DNA of 64,000 nt, from the NCBI GenBank assembly GCA_030148705.1, contig JASBSY010000024.1, positions 21,212-85,211 on the forward strand, written 5' to 3'. Below are positions 1-11,701 of the stretch, one piece after another; position 1 is the first letter of the stretch; every line of letters starts with the position of its first letter. The DNA comes from Pukyongia sp. Lineage in GTDB: Bacteria; Bacteroidota; Bacteroidia; Flavobacteriales; Flavobacteriaceae. Made by a program: the position numbers and the translations under genes. The notes beneath the pieces are model-generated. The model did not search any database. It was given only the letters and a program-made list of their open reading frames with translations, and was not told where the DNA came from.

Positions 1-274
1 AGGCAAAATAAAGCATGAGGCCGAAAGCGAAAAAAGAAAAGATCTGAATAGCTTTGAGCCTGGAGGTAAGACTTCGGTGATGAAAGCGGGCTATCCCAAA
101 ATATTTCACAAAGTTATAACCGCTGATAGTAGCAAAGAAAATAAAACCGAGCAGGTTTGTTTCCACACTTAAATCGTATTCGAAGACTGTAACGTAAACC
201 AGTGAGCAGACCGCTACAGCCACATGTATACTGCTATCCAGATAAAACTCGAGAGCTGCTCTTAAGTGCTTCAT
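1..274 (-). CDS. Membrane protein, possibly UbiA/prenyltransferase-like (partial, runs off window)
   Basis: Hand translation from ATG at 274 gives MKHLRAALEFYLDSSIHVAVAVCSLV...GYNFVKY, which is hydrophobic and open to the window edge. Confidence 0.6.
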   Translation of the reverse strand, partial: MKHLRAALEFYLDSSIHVAVAVCSLVYVTVFEYDLSVETNLLGFIFFATISGYNFVKYFGIARFHHRSLTSRLKAIQIFSFFAFGLMLYFA

Positions 275-401
275 GTAGTAAAAATAGCCAAAGTGTTAGT
301 AAGTCCGCTTTTTAGTTGAAAAAATGTTGATTCACCCTGCGATATTAACGGCGAATTATTAGTGAATATCGTAATTTTGCGCCATATTTAAAAAGTAGCT
401 G

Positions 402-3251
402 ATGAATACCGATTCTTTTGCATTACGACATATAGGTCCCCGAAGAAGTGATCTTCCAAAAATGCTTGAAACCGTGGGAGTGGAAAGCATGGATCAATTA
501 ATAGAAGAAACCATTCCTGCCGAGATTCTCCTGAAGGATAAACTGATCCTGGACGATGCCATGACAGAGCAGGAATACCTGGAGCATATCATTGATCTGG
601 GAAACCGAAATAAGGTATTCGACACTTACATCGGGCTGGGATATCACGAGGCCTATACCCCGGCGGTTATCCAACGCAATATTCTGGAGAACCCGGGATG
701 GTATACGGCTTATACCCCCTATCAGGCTGAAATCGCCCAGGGAAGACTGGAGGCCCTTTTAAACTTTCAAACCATGGTAAGTGATCTCACAGGTATGGAA
801 CTGGCAAATGCTTCTTTACTAGACGAGGCTACAGCCGCTGCTGAGGCAATGGCTCTGCTATTTGCAATTCGAGACAGGGATCAGAAAAAAAATAACGTAA
901 GTAAGTTCTTCGTTTCAGAAGAAGTATTACCACAGACCATTTCGTTACTGAAGACCAGGTCTAATCCATTGGATATAGAACTTGTGATTGGCGATCATCG
1001 CAGTTTTGATTATTCGAACGAATTCTTTGGTGCCATACTGCAATATCCCGGAAGTTCAGGACAGGTTTACGACTATACTTCTTTTATCAGTCGTTCTCAG
1101 GAAGCAGGAATCAAGATCGCAGTTGCAGCAGATATCCTAAGCCTCGTAAAATTAGAAGCTCCGGGTAAGATTGGAGCCGATGTCGTGGTAGGAACCACCC
1201 AGAGATTTGGGATTCCACTCGGTTACGGTGGTCCGCACGCAGCATTCTTTGCTACCAAGGAAGAACACAAACGACATATTCCGGGGCGGATCATCGGGGT
1301 AACTAAGGATACCGATGGCAACATGGCGCTACGTATGGCCTTACAGACCCGGGAACAGCATATTAAACGCGATAAGGCTACTTCCAATATTTGTACTGCC
1401 CAGGTACTTTTGGCCGTAATGGCAGGTATGTATGCGGTCTATCACGGACCGGAAGGGTTAAAATATATTGCGAATAAGGTTCATAAGGCGGCAGTGACTA
1501 CTGCCCATGCACTGGAACAACTCGATATTGAACAGATAAACACACATTATTTCGATACCATCTGTTTAAAAGCTGATACAAGCCGGGTACGCCCTATCGC
1601 AGAAGCCAATAAGGCTAATTTCTACTATCCCGATCGGGAGACCGTTCAGATTTCCATGAACGAAACCACCTCGCTAAAAGATGTGAATACCATAATAAAG
1701 ATCTTTGCCGAGGCCCTTGGGAAGGAAGTCTTTACTGTTTCCGAAATGATAGAAACAACTACAATCCCTGAGGGAGTCGGGCGGAAGTCTGAATTCCTCA
1801 CCAACGAAGTATTCAACTCCTATCACAGCGAAACCGAATTAATGCGTTATATCAAGAAACTGGAGCGCAAGGACCTAGCCTTAAACCATTCCATGATCTC
1901 GCTGGGCAGTTGTACAATGAAACTGAATGCAGCTGCTGAAATGTTGCCTCTGAGTAACGCAGCCTGGGGAAATATACACCCCTTTGTTCCCCTGAACCAG
2001 GCTATGGGGTATCAGTTAATGCTGAAAAAGTTAGAAAATCAACTCACCGAGATCACCGGCTTCGCAGGAACATCCCTTCAACCGAATTCCGGAGCACAAG
2101 GGGAATACGCCGGCCTGATGGTTATTAAAGCCTATCATGAATCGCGCGGGGAGGCTCACAGAAATATTTGTCTTATTCCTTCATCGGCACACGGTACCAA
2201 TCCGGCGAGCGCGGTTATGGCCGGGATGCAGGTTGTGGTGACCAAGGCAACGGAAGAAGGAAATATAGACGTAGAAGATCTGCGCGCTAAAGCGGAACAG
2301 CATAAAGAGAACCTGGCGGCCCTGATGGTTACCTATCCGTCCACACATGGAGTGTACGAATCGGACATCAAGGAAATCACAGCCATTATTCATAAATACG
2401 GCGGACAGGTGTATATGGATGGTGCCAACATGAACGCACAGGTAGCCCTGACCAATCCCGGGGTTATTGGTGCAGATGTTTGCCACCTGAACCTACACAA
2501 GACATTTGCCATTCCTCACGGGGGTGGCGGGCCGGGGGTTGGACCCATTTGCGTTGCCGAGCAACTGGTACCCTTTCTACCTACCAATCCCGTAATTAAA
2601 ACCGGAGGGAACCAGGCTATCACGGCTATTTCGGCTGCGCCATGGGGAAGTGCGCTAGCCTGTATCATTTCGTACGGGTACATCTGTATGTTGGGTGAAA
2701 ATGGCTTGAGAAAATCGACAGAGTACGCTATTCTTAATGCGAACTATATCAAGAACAGGCTTATGGGCCAATTCGAAGTGCTCTACACCGGAGAACGCAG
2801 CAGGGCAGCGCATGAGATGATCATTGATTGCAGGCCTTTTAAGGCGAATGGAATCGAGGTTACGGACATTGCCAAACGACTAATGGACTATGGGTTCCAC
2901 GCCCCCACGGTTTCCTTTCCGGTAGCCGGCACTATTATGATCGAACCTACCGAAAGTGAAAGTAAGGAAGAGCTGGATCGCTTTTGCGACGCACTGCTGT
3001 CGATAAGAAAAGAAATCGATAAAGCATCCAAGGATGAGCCGAACAATGTACTGAAGAATGCCCCGCACACCTTAAAGATGCTAACGGCCGATAGCTGGGA
3101 TTTCCCCTACTCCAGGGAGGAAGCCGCTTATCCGCTCGCCTACGTAAGTGAGAATAAATTCTGGCCTGCAGTGAGACGCGTGGATGACGCCTATGGCGAC
3201 AGGAACTTAATCTGTACCTGCACTCCGTTGGAAGCCTATGCTGAGGTGTAA
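402..3251 (+). CDS. gcvP: Glycine dehydrogenase (decarboxylating), P protein
   Basis: Motifs [27 protein letters not shown] and [18 protein letters not shown] (PLP lysine). Confidence 0.98.
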   Translation: MNTDSFALRHIGPRRSDLPKMLETVGVESMDQLIEETIPAEILLKDKLILDDAMTEQEYLEHIIDLGNRNKVFDTYIGLGYHEAYTPAVIQRNILENPGWYTAYTPYQAEIAQGRLEALLNFQTMVSDLTGMELANASLLDEATAAAEAMALLFAIRDRDQKKNNVSKFFVSEEVLPQTISLLKTRSNPLDIELVIGDHRSFDYSNEFFGAILQYPGSSGQVYDYTSFISRSQEAGIKIAVAADILSLVKLEAPGKIGADVVVGTTQRFGIPLGYGGPHAAFFATKEEHKRHIPGRIIGVTKDTDGNMALRMALQTREQHIKRDKATSNICTAQVLLAVMAGMYAVYHGPEGLKYIANKVHKAAVTTAHALEQLDIEQINTHYFDTICLKADTSRVRPIAEANKANFYYPDRETVQISMNETTSLKDVNTIIKIFAEALGKEVFTVSEMIETTTIPEGVGRKSEFLTNEVFNSYHSETELMRYIKKLERKDLALNHSMISLGSCTMKLNAAAEMLPLSNAAWGNIHPFVPLNQAMGYQLMLKKLENQLTEITGFAGTSLQPNSGAQGEYAGLMVIKAYHESRGEAHRNICLIPSSAHGTNPASAVMAGMQVVVTKATEEGNIDVEDLRAKAEQHKENLAALMVTYPSTHGVYESDIKEITAIIHKYGGQVYMDGANMNAQVALTNPGVIGADVCHLNLHKTFAIPHGGGGPGVGPICVAEQLVPFLPTNPVIKTGGNQAITAISAAPWGSALACIISYGYICMLGENGLRKSTEYAILNANYIKNRLMGQFEVLYTGERSRAAHEMIIDCRPFKANGIEVTDIAKRLMDYGFHAPTVSFPVAGTIMIEPTESESKEELDRFCDALLSIRKEIDKASKDEPNNVLKNAPHTLKMLTADSWDFPYSREEAAYPLAYVSENKFWPAVRRVDDAYGDRNLICTCTPLEAYAEV

Positions 3252-3393
3252 TAAAGTTAAAGCGTATTACAATCTTCGAGGCGTACAATAAGTAGCCCTT
3301 GCAGGTTAAGGTAACGATTTGAGGACACGCTTTTGTGATTTCTTTACATGGTTAGATTAACTGTTTTAACTATTTTTATAAAAATTAAGAAGT

Positions 3394-4452
3394 ATGAATA
3401 CGAAGATCACCGGTGTTGGCAGTTATATTCCTACGGGAATCGCACCTAATGACCAATTCAGCGAACATAGTTTCTACAATGAGGACGGTTCTAAATTCGG
3501 GCATGAGAACGCTGTGATTATCGAAAAATTCAAAGCGATCACAGGTATATCCGAACGAAGATACATCCAGGAAGACCTTACCACTTCAGAAATCGCACAT
3601 TTCGCTGCTGAAAAAGCTATAGAAGACGCGGGGATCGACCGCGAACAACTTGATTATATCATCGTTGCCCATAATTACGGGGATGTAAAACACGGTACGC
3701 ATCAAAGTGACACCGTACCCAGCATTGGCTCACGGGTAAAACACCTGCTTAAAATAAAAAATCCCGGTTGTGTAGCGTACGACGTAATGTTTGGTTGTCC
3801 CGGATGGGTGGAAGGGGTTATTCAGTCGCACGCCTTTATAAAAAGCGGCATGGCACAAAAGTGCCTGGTGATTGGTGCAGAAACTTTGTCGCGCGTGATC
3901 GACCAGCACGACAGGGATTCTATGATCTACAGCGATGGTGCCGGAGCCTCTGTGCTTGAGGCGCGAGATGAAGAAGGCGGAATCCTCGCCCATCATACTG
4001 CGACCTATGCTTACGACGAAGCTCATTTTATCTACTTTGGTGAAAGCAATAACCAGGAACTCAATGACGCCCGTCGATATATCAAGATGTACGGCCGCAA
4101 GATCTATGAGTTTGCAATTACGAATGTTCCCGCCGCCATGCAAACCTGTCTTGATAAAAGCGGCTGTGATATTTCGAAAGTTAAGAAGATCTTTATCCAC
4201 CAGGCAAACGAAAAGATGGACGAGGCTATTATAGACCGGTTTTACAAATTATACGATATGAAGCCTCCTACCGATGTGATGCCCATGAGTATAGACAAAT
4301 TGGGGAACAGCAGTGTGGCAACGGTACCAACTCTTTATGATTTGGTATTGCGAAGGGAACTGGATGACCATGAGGTGAATCCGGGAGACGTGGTAATGTT
4401 TGCCAGTGTTGGGGCCGGGATGAACATTAATGCCGTTGTTTACAAAGTATAA
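3394..4452 (+). CDS. fabH: 3-oxoacyl-ACP synthase III (FabH-like)
   Basis: Catalytic motifs FGCPG, HQAN and GNSSVAT. Confidence 0.85.
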   Translation: MNTKITGVGSYIPTGIAPNDQFSEHSFYNEDGSKFGHENAVIIEKFKAITGISERRYIQEDLTTSEIAHFAAEKAIEDAGIDREQLDYIIVAHNYGDVKHGTHQSDTVPSIGSRVKHLLKIKNPGCVAYDVMFGCPGWVEGVIQSHAFIKSGMAQKCLVIGAETLSRVIDQHDRDSMIYSDGAGASVLEARDEEGGILAHHTATYAYDEAHFIYFGESNNQELNDARRYIKMYGRKIYEFAITNVPAAMQTCLDKSGCDISKVKKIFIHQANEKMDEAIIDRFYKLYDMKPPTDVMPMSIDKLGNSSVATVPTLYDLVLRRELDDHEVNPGDVVMFASVGAGMNINAVVYKV

Positions 4453-4976
4453 TGTACGAAGGTAAAATTCCAAAGAAACGTTACAAACACACCTTAAGAT
4501 TTCTGAAGCAATTCGTTTCCGAAGAGGATCGAATCCTCGACCTCGGTGTGGAAAACCCCTTTTCGGAAATTCTTAAACGAGAAGGTTTTAATGTTAGCAA
4601 TACCTCCGGGGAAGACCTCGACCTGGAAACAGCGGCGGTTAAATCGGATGCCTACGATGTGGTAACCGCATTCGAGATCTTTGAACATTTGGTATCTCCT
4701 TTTAATGTCCTTCAGGATATCAAAGCCCGAAAATTGGTTGCTTCCGTACCTCTAAAACTATGGTTTGCCTCTGCTTACCGAAGCAAAACAGACGAATTAG
4801 ACCGTCATTATCACGAGTTTGAAGACTGGCAATTCGACTGGCTTTTGGAAAAATCGGGTTGGAGGATAAAAAAGAGGGAGAAATTTACAAACCCGGTAAA
4901 GAAGGTGGGTATACGCCCCATACTGAGACGATTTACTCCAAGATATTATCTTGTGTATGCTGAACGTATTAAGTGA
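4452..4976 (+). CDS. Class I SAM-dependent methyltransferase
   Basis: ILDLG and YDVVTAFEIFEHL motifs. Confidence 0.75.
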   Translation: MYEGKIPKKRYKHTLRFLKQFVSEEDRILDLGVENPFSEILKREGFNVSNTSGEDLDLETAAVKSDAYDVVTAFEIFEHLVSPFNVLQDIKARKLVASVPLKLWFASAYRSKTDELDRHYHEFEDWQFDWLLEKSGWRIKKREKFTNPVKKVGIRPILRRFTPRYYLVYAERIK

Positions 4977-5812
4977 GATTCTACATTGTAATACCGGCTC
5001 ATAACGAAGAAATGTTTCTGCAGCAAACATTGACTTCCCTTGTTACACAGTCGCTCCCTCCAAAACAAATAATCGTTGTTAACGACAATTCTACAGACGG
5101 CACACAAGAAATTATAGATAACTTCACGGAAGAATATTCCTTTGTTTCCGGAATTAAAACAAACTCGTCGGGTCAACACCTGCCCGGCAGTAAGATTATT
5201 AATGCCTTCTACGCAGGTTTCGAACAATTAGATACCGAATACGACATTATTTGTAAGTTCGATGCCGATCTTATCTTCCCTGAAAATTATCTTGAATTTC
5301 TTTCTACTTTATTCACAAATAATCCCGAATGTGGTATTGCGGGTGGGTTCTGCGCAATACAACAGAGAAAGGCCTGGAAGCTTGAAAACCTGACTTCCAA
5401 AGACCATGTTCGCGGAGCTTTAAAGGCATATCGAAAGGCATGTTTTAACCAAATTGGCGGCTTAAGAAAAAGCATGGGTTGGGACACCGTAGACGAATTA
5501 CTCGCCCGGTATCACGGCTGGGAAGTATGTACAGATGAAAGCCTGCACGTAAAACATTTAAAACCTACAGCCGCCTCTTATCCAGAGCAAGCCGGTCTAA
5601 AACAGGGAGAAGCCTTTAAAAAAATGCGATACGGTTTTATACTAACTATAATTGCCTCGGCTAAACTGTCTTACAAAAAGAAAAACTTTTCGTATTTTCT
5701 GAAATGCATACAGGGGTATTTCCGTTCAGAAAATGCCTATATCGTGACCCCGGACGAAGGTAAGTTCATCAGAAGGTACCGCTGGAAAGGAATTTGGAGT
5801 AAATTCTTCTGA
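4973..5812 (+). CDS. Glycosyltransferase family 2
   Basis: IVIPAHNEE, VVNDNSTDGT and KFDAD motifs. Confidence 0.9.
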   Translation: MRFYIVIPAHNEEMFLQQTLTSLVTQSLPPKQIIVVNDNSTDGTQEIIDNFTEEYSFVSGIKTNSSGQHLPGSKIINAFYAGFEQLDTEYDIICKFDADLIFPENYLEFLSTLFTNNPECGIAGGFCAIQQRKAWKLENLTSKDHVRGALKAYRKACFNQIGGLRKSMGWDTVDELLARYHGWEVCTDESLHVKHLKPTAASYPEQAGLKQGEAFKKMRYGFILTIIASAKLSYKKKNFSYFLKCIQGYFRSENAYIVTPDEGKFIRRYRWKGIWSKFF

Positions 5813-5878
5813 ACTATAACCTCAACTTAACACTTATTGCTTGCATTCTTGCTAATTTTGAGGATAAATCAATCCCCA

Positions 5879-6958
5879 ATGAAATTTATACTAAATATAT
5901 TTTTAATGCTGCTTGCATCCTCCATAATCGGGCAGCAACCATTGGATTCGCCTGCGAACCCTTCAGAAAAACCAAAGAATATTATTCTAATGATTGGAGA
6001 CGGCATGGGTCTGAGCCAGATCTCCATTGCTAACTTTTACAAGGACGGACCTTCTAATTTTGAGCGCTTTCCGGTTGTAGGGCTAATCAACACCAACTCT
6101 ACTACCCACCGCATTACCGATTCCGGGGCGGCGGCCACGGCTTTTGCATCCGGAGTGAAAACCTTCCACCAGGCCGTAGGAGTGGCGAACGATTCTACTG
6201 CCGTTCCAACCATAATCGAACAGTTGGAAACCCGCAACTACGCTACAGGCATCGTGGTTACAAAAGTTATTGTCCATGCCACTCCCGCTGCTTTTTATGC
6301 ACATGTACCCTACCGCTACGACTATGACGATATTGCTCCCTGGTTGATAAAGGCCGATATCGATTTTATTGCCGGCGGGGGGTTGCAGTATTTCAACAAG
6401 CGACCGGATGGCCTGAACCTTTTGAACGAGTTCCGGGAAGCTGATTACGCCATAGATACCCTTGCGTTGCCAACTGCTCCCACAAACAAAAAGCAATTGA
6501 TCCTTCTGAATGACGATGACCTCCCATGGAAAACCAACGGAAGAGGGGACTTCCTTACAGATGCAACCGGGCTTGCGATTGAAAAATTAAAACGAAACGA
6601 GGACGGGTTCTTTTTAATGGTGGAAGGATCGCTTATCGATTCCGCGGCCCATGACGAAGAATTGGAATATTTGATAGATGAACAATTGGATTTCGACAAT
6701 ACTATAGGCAGTGTACTCGATTTTGCCGTAAAAGATAAAGAGACACTGGTGATCGTTACCTCCGATCACGAAACCGGTTCCTTTGCCTTATCGATGGAAG
6801 ACGGCAATTACGACAAGATAAAACCAACCATCTACTCCGACGATCATTCGGCGACTATGGTCCCGGTCTTTGCTTTTGGTCCCGGGGCAGAGAATTTCGG
6901 CGGGGTATACGATAACACCCGTATCTATCATAAAATCATGGCTTTACTGGAGGAATAA
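5879..6958 (+). CDS. Alkaline phosphatase
   Basis: NIILMIGDGMG, TDSGAAAT, HATPAAF, MVEGSLID and VTSDHETG motifs; ATG at 5879 follows a TAATTTTG promoter box. Confidence 0.92.
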   Translation: MKFILNIFLMLLASSIIGQQPLDSPANPSEKPKNIILMIGDGMGLSQISIANFYKDGPSNFERFPVVGLINTNSTTHRITDSGAAATAFASGVKTFHQAVGVANDSTAVPTIIEQLETRNYATGIVVTKVIVHATPAAFYAHVPYRYDYDDIAPWLIKADIDFIAGGGLQYFNKRPDGLNLLNEFREADYAIDTLALPTAPTNKKQLILLNDDDLPWKTNGRGDFLTDATGLAIEKLKRNEDGFFLMVEGSLIDSAAHDEELEYLIDEQLDFDNTIGSVLDFAVKDKETLVIVTSDHETGSFALSMEDGNYDKIKPTIYSDDHSATMVPVFAFGPGAENFGGVYDNTRIYHKIMALLEE

Positions 6959-7024
6959 TCCCGGAGAATCTATGTTTAGTTTTTACAAAAAACAGTCGGC
7001 TAATTTTGTTACTTTAGCAAGGAT

Positions 7025-7771
7025 ATGGTCATAACGAATCTAATTAAAGACATAGGCTCTTATTTTATCATGCTGAAACGTGTTTTCAGTGGATTTACAA
7101 AGGGCTCGGTCTTAAAGGAACTGATCTTCAAAGAGATCGACGACCTTATCATAGGTTCGCTAGGAATCGTTGCCTTTATCTCATTCTTTGTAGGCGGAGT
7201 AATTGCGATTCAAACAGCCCTAAACCTCGAAAACCCTTTAATTCCAAAAAGTCTCATCGGTTTTGCCACCAGGCAGTCCATGATCCTGGAATTCGCTCCC
7301 ACCTTTATTTCGATCATCATGGCCGGAAAAATGGGGTCATTTATCACCTCCAGCATTGGTTCGATGCGCGTAACCGAACAGATCGACGCCCTGGATGTTA
7401 TGGGTATAAATTCCCTGAATTACCTGGTATTTCCTAAAATAGTGGCTCTGATGCTGTTCCCCTTACTGATCGCCCTATCCATGTTCCTGGGAATCACCGG
7501 AGGATATCTGGCAGGGGTGTACGGTGGCTTTACGTCAACGGGTGAATTCGTCGCCGGGTTGCAGGATTCGTTCGAACCTTTTCATCTTACCTATGCGTTT
7601 ATAAAAACCTTCGTCTTTGCTTTTATTCTAGCTACAGTACCTTCATGGCAAGGCTATTTTATGAAAGGAGGGGCATTGGAAGTAGGTAAAGCGAGTACAA
7701 ACTCCTTTGTTTGGACGAGTGTACTCATTATACTTTCCAACTATATAATCACACAACTACTGTTAAGCTGA
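7025..7771 (+). CDS. mlaE: MlaE-family ABC permease
   Basis: GSMRVTEQIDALDVMG signature. Confidence 0.9.
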   Translation: MVITNLIKDIGSYFIMLKRVFSGFTKGSVLKELIFKEIDDLIIGSLGIVAFISFFVGGVIAIQTALNLENPLIPKSLIGFATRQSMILEFAPTFISIIMAGKMGSFITSSIGSMRVTEQIDALDVMGINSLNYLVFPKIVALMLFPLLIALSMFLGITGGYLAGVYGGFTSTGEFVAGLQDSFEPFHLTYAFIKTFVFAFILATVPSWQGYFMKGGALEVGKASTNSFVWTSVLIILSNYIITQLLLS

Positions 7772-8535
7772 TGATACGCGTAGAGAACATACATAAGAGT
7801 TTCGAGGAGAATCAGGTGCTAAAAGGCATAAGCACTGTTTTTGAAAAAGGAAAAACCAGTCTGATCATCGGAGCCAGCGGAAGTGGCAAAACAGTGTTAT
7901 TAAAATGCCTGCTCGGACTTTTTCAGCCGGATGAAGGAACTATTTACTACGAGGATAAGGCAATAGGTATCATGGATGATGAAGAACACCGGGAACTTCG
8001 CGAGGAGATCGGGATGCTATTCCAGGGTGGTGCTTTGTTCGATTCCATGACCATAGAGGAGAACGTCATGTTCCCTTTAAGAATGTTCACCAGGCAGAAA
8101 AAAAGTGAGATGCTGGACCGGGTAAACGAGGTACTGGCGCGGGTAAAACTGGAAAATGTAAACAAACGCTTTCCAGCCGAAATTTCCGGCGGGATGCAAA
8201 AAAGGGTGTCGATTGCCCGGGCAATCGTTAATAAACCGAAATATCTGTTTTGTGATGAACCGAACTCCGGGCTGGATCCCAGAACGGCCACTATTATCGA
8301 CAACCTGATCCAGGAGATTACTCACGAATACAACATGACCACAGTAGTGGTTTCCCACGATATGAATTCGGTTATGGAGATTGGAGAAAGCATAGTGTTG
8401 TTAAAAGACGGGGTTCTTGTTTGGGAAGGCACTAACCAGGACATCTTCTCTACCGACAATAAGGATGTAACCGAATTTGTGTATTCATCCGAATTGTTCA
8501 AAAAGATCCGGGAGGTTCAGCAAAAGGAAGGATAA
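7771..8535 (+). CDS. mlaF: MlaF-family ABC ATPase
   Basis: Walker A GASGSGKT, ISGGMQKRV and CDEPNSGLDP; ATG overlaps the mlaE stop. Confidence 0.9.
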   Translation: MIRVENIHKSFEENQVLKGISTVFEKGKTSLIIGASGSGKTVLLKCLLGLFQPDEGTIYYEDKAIGIMDDEEHRELREEIGMLFQGGALFDSMTIEENVMFPLRMFTRQKKSEMLDRVNEVLARVKLENVNKRFPAEISGGMQKRVSIARAIVNKPKYLFCDEPNSGLDPRTATIIDNLIQEITHEYNMTTVVVSHDMNSVMEIGESIVLLKDGVLVWEGTNQDIFSTDNKDVTEFVYSSELFKKIREVQQKEG

Positions 8536-8601
8536 ATTTGAGCCAATTTTCTGCAAATCATATTTTTTACCCTATTTTTAACGCTATTAAAAACCCGAAT
8601 T

Positions 8602-10215
8602 ATGATAAATAAATTACTTTTTTGCCTTGTTTGTTGCTTTAGTGCGATATCTATTGGGCAGGTGTCTTTCACCAACGAAGGGGATCTCTTAGGAAATTAT
8701 CCGGATCATTCTGAAGTAGCCGTTGATATGAATGGCGACTACCTGGACGACTATGTGAGAGTTTCTCAGAATGGTATCGGAATCGATTATTCCAACGGCG
8801 ACGGAACCTTCAATTCAGTTTTCTATACAGTTCCCATCGAAAATACGCCCAACTGGAGTATTGCAGCCGGCGATCTTGATGAAAATGGGTATAACGACCT
8901 TGTTCTTGGTAATGGAAGTCGTGTATCCTTCTTGTACGCTAACGCAAACGGAACTGCATATACCGAAACGCCATTTCCCCAATTCATCTTTTCACAACGG
9001 TCCACTATGGCCGATATAGATAATGATGGTGACTTGGACAGTTTTGTTTGTCACGATGTGGATCTTAGTCATCCCTACCGAAACGATGGAACAGGGACTA
9101 TGTCATTAGATCAGACTTTGATCGTTACTATAGACGCTCCGGGTAATTATGCATCCGTTTGGGTGGATTACGACAATGACGGGGATACGGATATGTATCT
9201 CACCAAATGCCGCCAGGGAGCTGCTCCCGGCGACCCATTTAGGGATAATGCCATGTATACCAACAACGGTGACGGAACCTTTACCGAAAACGCCCAGGAC
9301 ATTAATATGCGTGATAATGCGCAGTCGTGGTCCACGGTTTTCGAAGATTTCGACAATGACGGGGATTTCGATGCCTTTATAGTAAACCACGATTTCCAGA
9401 ACAGGTTTATGCTAAACGACGGTACCGGAATGTTTACCGATATTATCGGAGGTACAGGCATTAATGCAAACGACCTGGGAGCCTGGGAGAATCAGGCAGC
9501 CGATTTCAATAATGACGGCTTTGTCGATATCTTTTCAGAACTTTCGAAAGAATTATATATCAACAACGGAGACCTGACGTTTACCGGAATCGACCTTCCG
9601 TTCGACGAAGGCGCTATTGGCGACCTCAACAACGACGGTTTCCTGGATGTGGTTAATGATGGGATTTTCTGGAGAAACAACGGAAACTCCAACAATTGGG
9701 TGAAAATTGCACTTCAGGGCGTAGAAAGCAACTACAACGGCATCGGCGCGCGTGTGGAAATTTACGGAGACTGGGGAATGCAAATACGGGAGGTTCGTTC
9801 AGGTGAAGGATTCAGTCATATGAACTCGCTTGTGGCGCATTTCGGCCTCGGTACTGCCACAACCATAGACCAGATCGTAATTCACTGGCCCAGCGGCATT
9901 GTGGATGTTATTGAAGATCCCAATATCAACGAACAACACATTTACGTGGAAGGAGAGAATATCCTTGCCGTTACCGATTTCCAAAAGGACGGAATCAAAT
10001 TATTCCCGAACCCCACAGTGGACAACATCAATTTCTCACTCCCGGGATTGGAGAATACAGCTGTACGGGTAATGGATGTAAACGGACGTACGGTTTTGAA
10101 CACCGTAATATCTTCTGAAAATTCAATCGATGTTTCAGGACTGAGAAGTGGTGCGTATTTTGTTCAACTGGAAGTTGAGAAAAAACTCGTAAGCTATAAA
10201 TTCGTTAAGCGATAA
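8602..10215 (+). CDS. FG-GAP/CRTAC1-like (ASPIC/UnbV) protein with T9SS C-terminal domain
   Basis: Repeated DxDNDGDxD motifs, NYNGIGARV..HFGLG, C-terminal LFPNP...YKFVKR. Confidence 0.85.
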   Translation: MINKLLFCLVCCFSAISIGQVSFTNEGDLLGNYPDHSEVAVDMNGDYLDDYVRVSQNGIGIDYSNGDGTFNSVFYTVPIENTPNWSIAAGDLDENGYNDLVLGNGSRVSFLYANANGTAYTETPFPQFIFSQRSTMADIDNDGDLDSFVCHDVDLSHPYRNDGTGTMSLDQTLIVTIDAPGNYASVWVDYDNDGDTDMYLTKCRQGAAPGDPFRDNAMYTNNGDGTFTENAQDINMRDNAQSWSTVFEDFDNDGDFDAFIVNHDFQNRFMLNDGTGMFTDIIGGTGINANDLGAWENQAADFNNDGFVDIFSELSKELYINNGDLTFTGIDLPFDEGAIGDLNNDGFLDVVNDGIFWRNNGNSNNWVKIALQGVESNYNGIGARVEIYGDWGMQIREVRSGEGFSHMNSLVAHFGLGTATTIDQIVIHWPSGIVDVIEDPNINEQHIYVEGENILAVTDFQKDGIKLFPNPTVDNINFSLPGLENTAVRVMDVNGRTVLNTVISSENSIDVSGLRSGAYFVQLEVEKKLVSYKFVKR

Positions 10216-10233
10216 GCATAATTGAACAGATTG

Positions 10234-10263
10234 AAAAAGGCGCTCTAATGGGGTGCCTTTTTT
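10234..10263. terminator. Bidirectional intrinsic terminator
   Basis: AAAAAGGCGCTC-TAAT-GGGGTGCCTTTTTT between convergent genes. Confidence 0.75.
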
Positions 10264-11695
10264 AGTTCATTCTACGCACCAACAGGGTATCGAGGTTCAG
10301 TTTGAACTTCAGCCATTCGGCCAGTTTCTTTTCATTTGATGTCCTTGTCCTGTTACCTATTCGATTGCTCCAGTCCACCTCAAAAACCGATATGGTGTCC
10401 ACCTTGTCGAAGTTGGTTATCAACTTTCGGCTGTAGCCGAAGGAATTCAGATCAGAATAATTAATCTTAACTTCTTTGCTAAGCTCCTGGAAAGGAACTT
10501 CCGAAATTTTCAACTTGGTGATCTCGTCTTCGAGAAACCGGATACGGGTTTCTTTATCGCGTAGTTTTTGTTCATTATTCACATAGAGGTCTTCCAGGAT
10601 TCCGGCTTTTAGCTCGCCCGAGATCTTTTCGGCAAGTTCCCCGGACTGATCAGTCCCCTGATAGATCTTTAACTGAGTATCGGAGAGCTTATCGGTTTCC
10701 TTTATCGTCTCCATCCATTGGGCAATTTGCGACTGAGGAACCTGTCTGCCTATAAGATAGATCTCAATTTCCTTTGTTTTGTAGTCCTGCGTGAATTTAA
10801 CCACTTCGGCACCGTCATAATTAATCACATCCTTTACGAATTCTTTGGTGGAATTCTCAAAAACCTGCTGATCCAAAAGCTTTACGAACAGTATCACACT
10901 TGGCACCATTACAATTAGGGCAATAAGCGATGCAACCCTGGCAATAAACCGGCGACGTTTCGAGTTTACATATCTCACCATAGGAAAACGCAGCAATTTA
11001 GCTACGATAAATGTGGACAGTGCGATAAAGGTAGCATTGATGGAAAACAGGTATATCGCACCCCCGGCATAGTTCAGGTTTCCAATTGCCAGGCCGTAAC
11101 CCACGGTACACAGGGGCGGCATAAGAGCGGTAGCAATAGCGACCCCGAAAATCACACTGGCGATAGTTCCGCTCTTGGTCTTGGCGACAATGAGGGCAAG
11201 GCCGCCAAAAATGGCTACCAGTACATCCAGAATGGTGGGATACGTCCTGGCCAGCAACTCAGGAGTTTCTTCTGTGAGGGGTGATACCTTAAAATAAAAG
11301 AAGGCCGTTAGGACACTAAGACCTATCATTACCCCCAGATTGATCATAGATCTTCGCAGGGTTTCAACATCGTTTATTGCTACAGACATACCTACCCCAA
11401 CGATCGGACCCATCAGTGGTGAGATAAGCATGGCACCAATTACCACGGCTGCGCTACTTACATTCAGTCCAATTGAAGCCACAAAGATCGAGAAAATGAG
11501 GATCCAGGCATTATGTCCTTTAAACGATATATCTTTCTTAACCGCCAGTATGGTAGCATCGTGATCGGTGTCCGCACGTATATCCAGTAGCTCCTTAACG
11601 AACTTCTTTACGCTTTCCCAGGCGGTAAGTCTTATCTTCTCGAATTGCTGTTCCTCCTGTGCCTGTTCTGCAGCACTTTTTTCTTCTTTGTTCAT
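10262..11695 (-). CDS. DUF389-like membrane protein
   Basis: AAVVIGAMLISPLMGPI and GVAIATALMPPL motifs. Confidence 0.8.
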   Translation of the reverse strand: MNKEEKSAAEQAQEEQQFEKIRLTAWESVKKFVKELLDIRADTDHDATILAVKKDISFKGHNAWILIFSIFVASIGLNVSSAAVVIGAMLISPLMGPIVGVGMSVAINDVETLRRSMINLGVMIGLSVLTAFFYFKVSPLTEETPELLARTYPTILDVLVAIFGGLALIVAKTKSGTIASVIFGVAIATALMPPLCTVGYGLAIGNLNYAGGAIYLFSINATFIALSTFIVAKLLRFPMVRYVNSKRRRFIARVASLIALIVMVPSVILFVKLLDQQVFENSTKEFVKDVINYDGAEVVKFTQDYKTKEIEIYLIGRQVPQSQIAQWMETIKETDKLSDTQLKIYQGTDQSGELAEKISGELKAGILEDLYVNNEQKLRDKETRIRFLEDEITKLKISEVPFQELSKEVKINYSDLNSFGYSRKLITNFDKVDTISVFEVDWSNRIGNRTRTSNEKKLAEWLKFKLNLDTLLVRRMN

Positions 11696-11701
11696 TTAAG
11701 A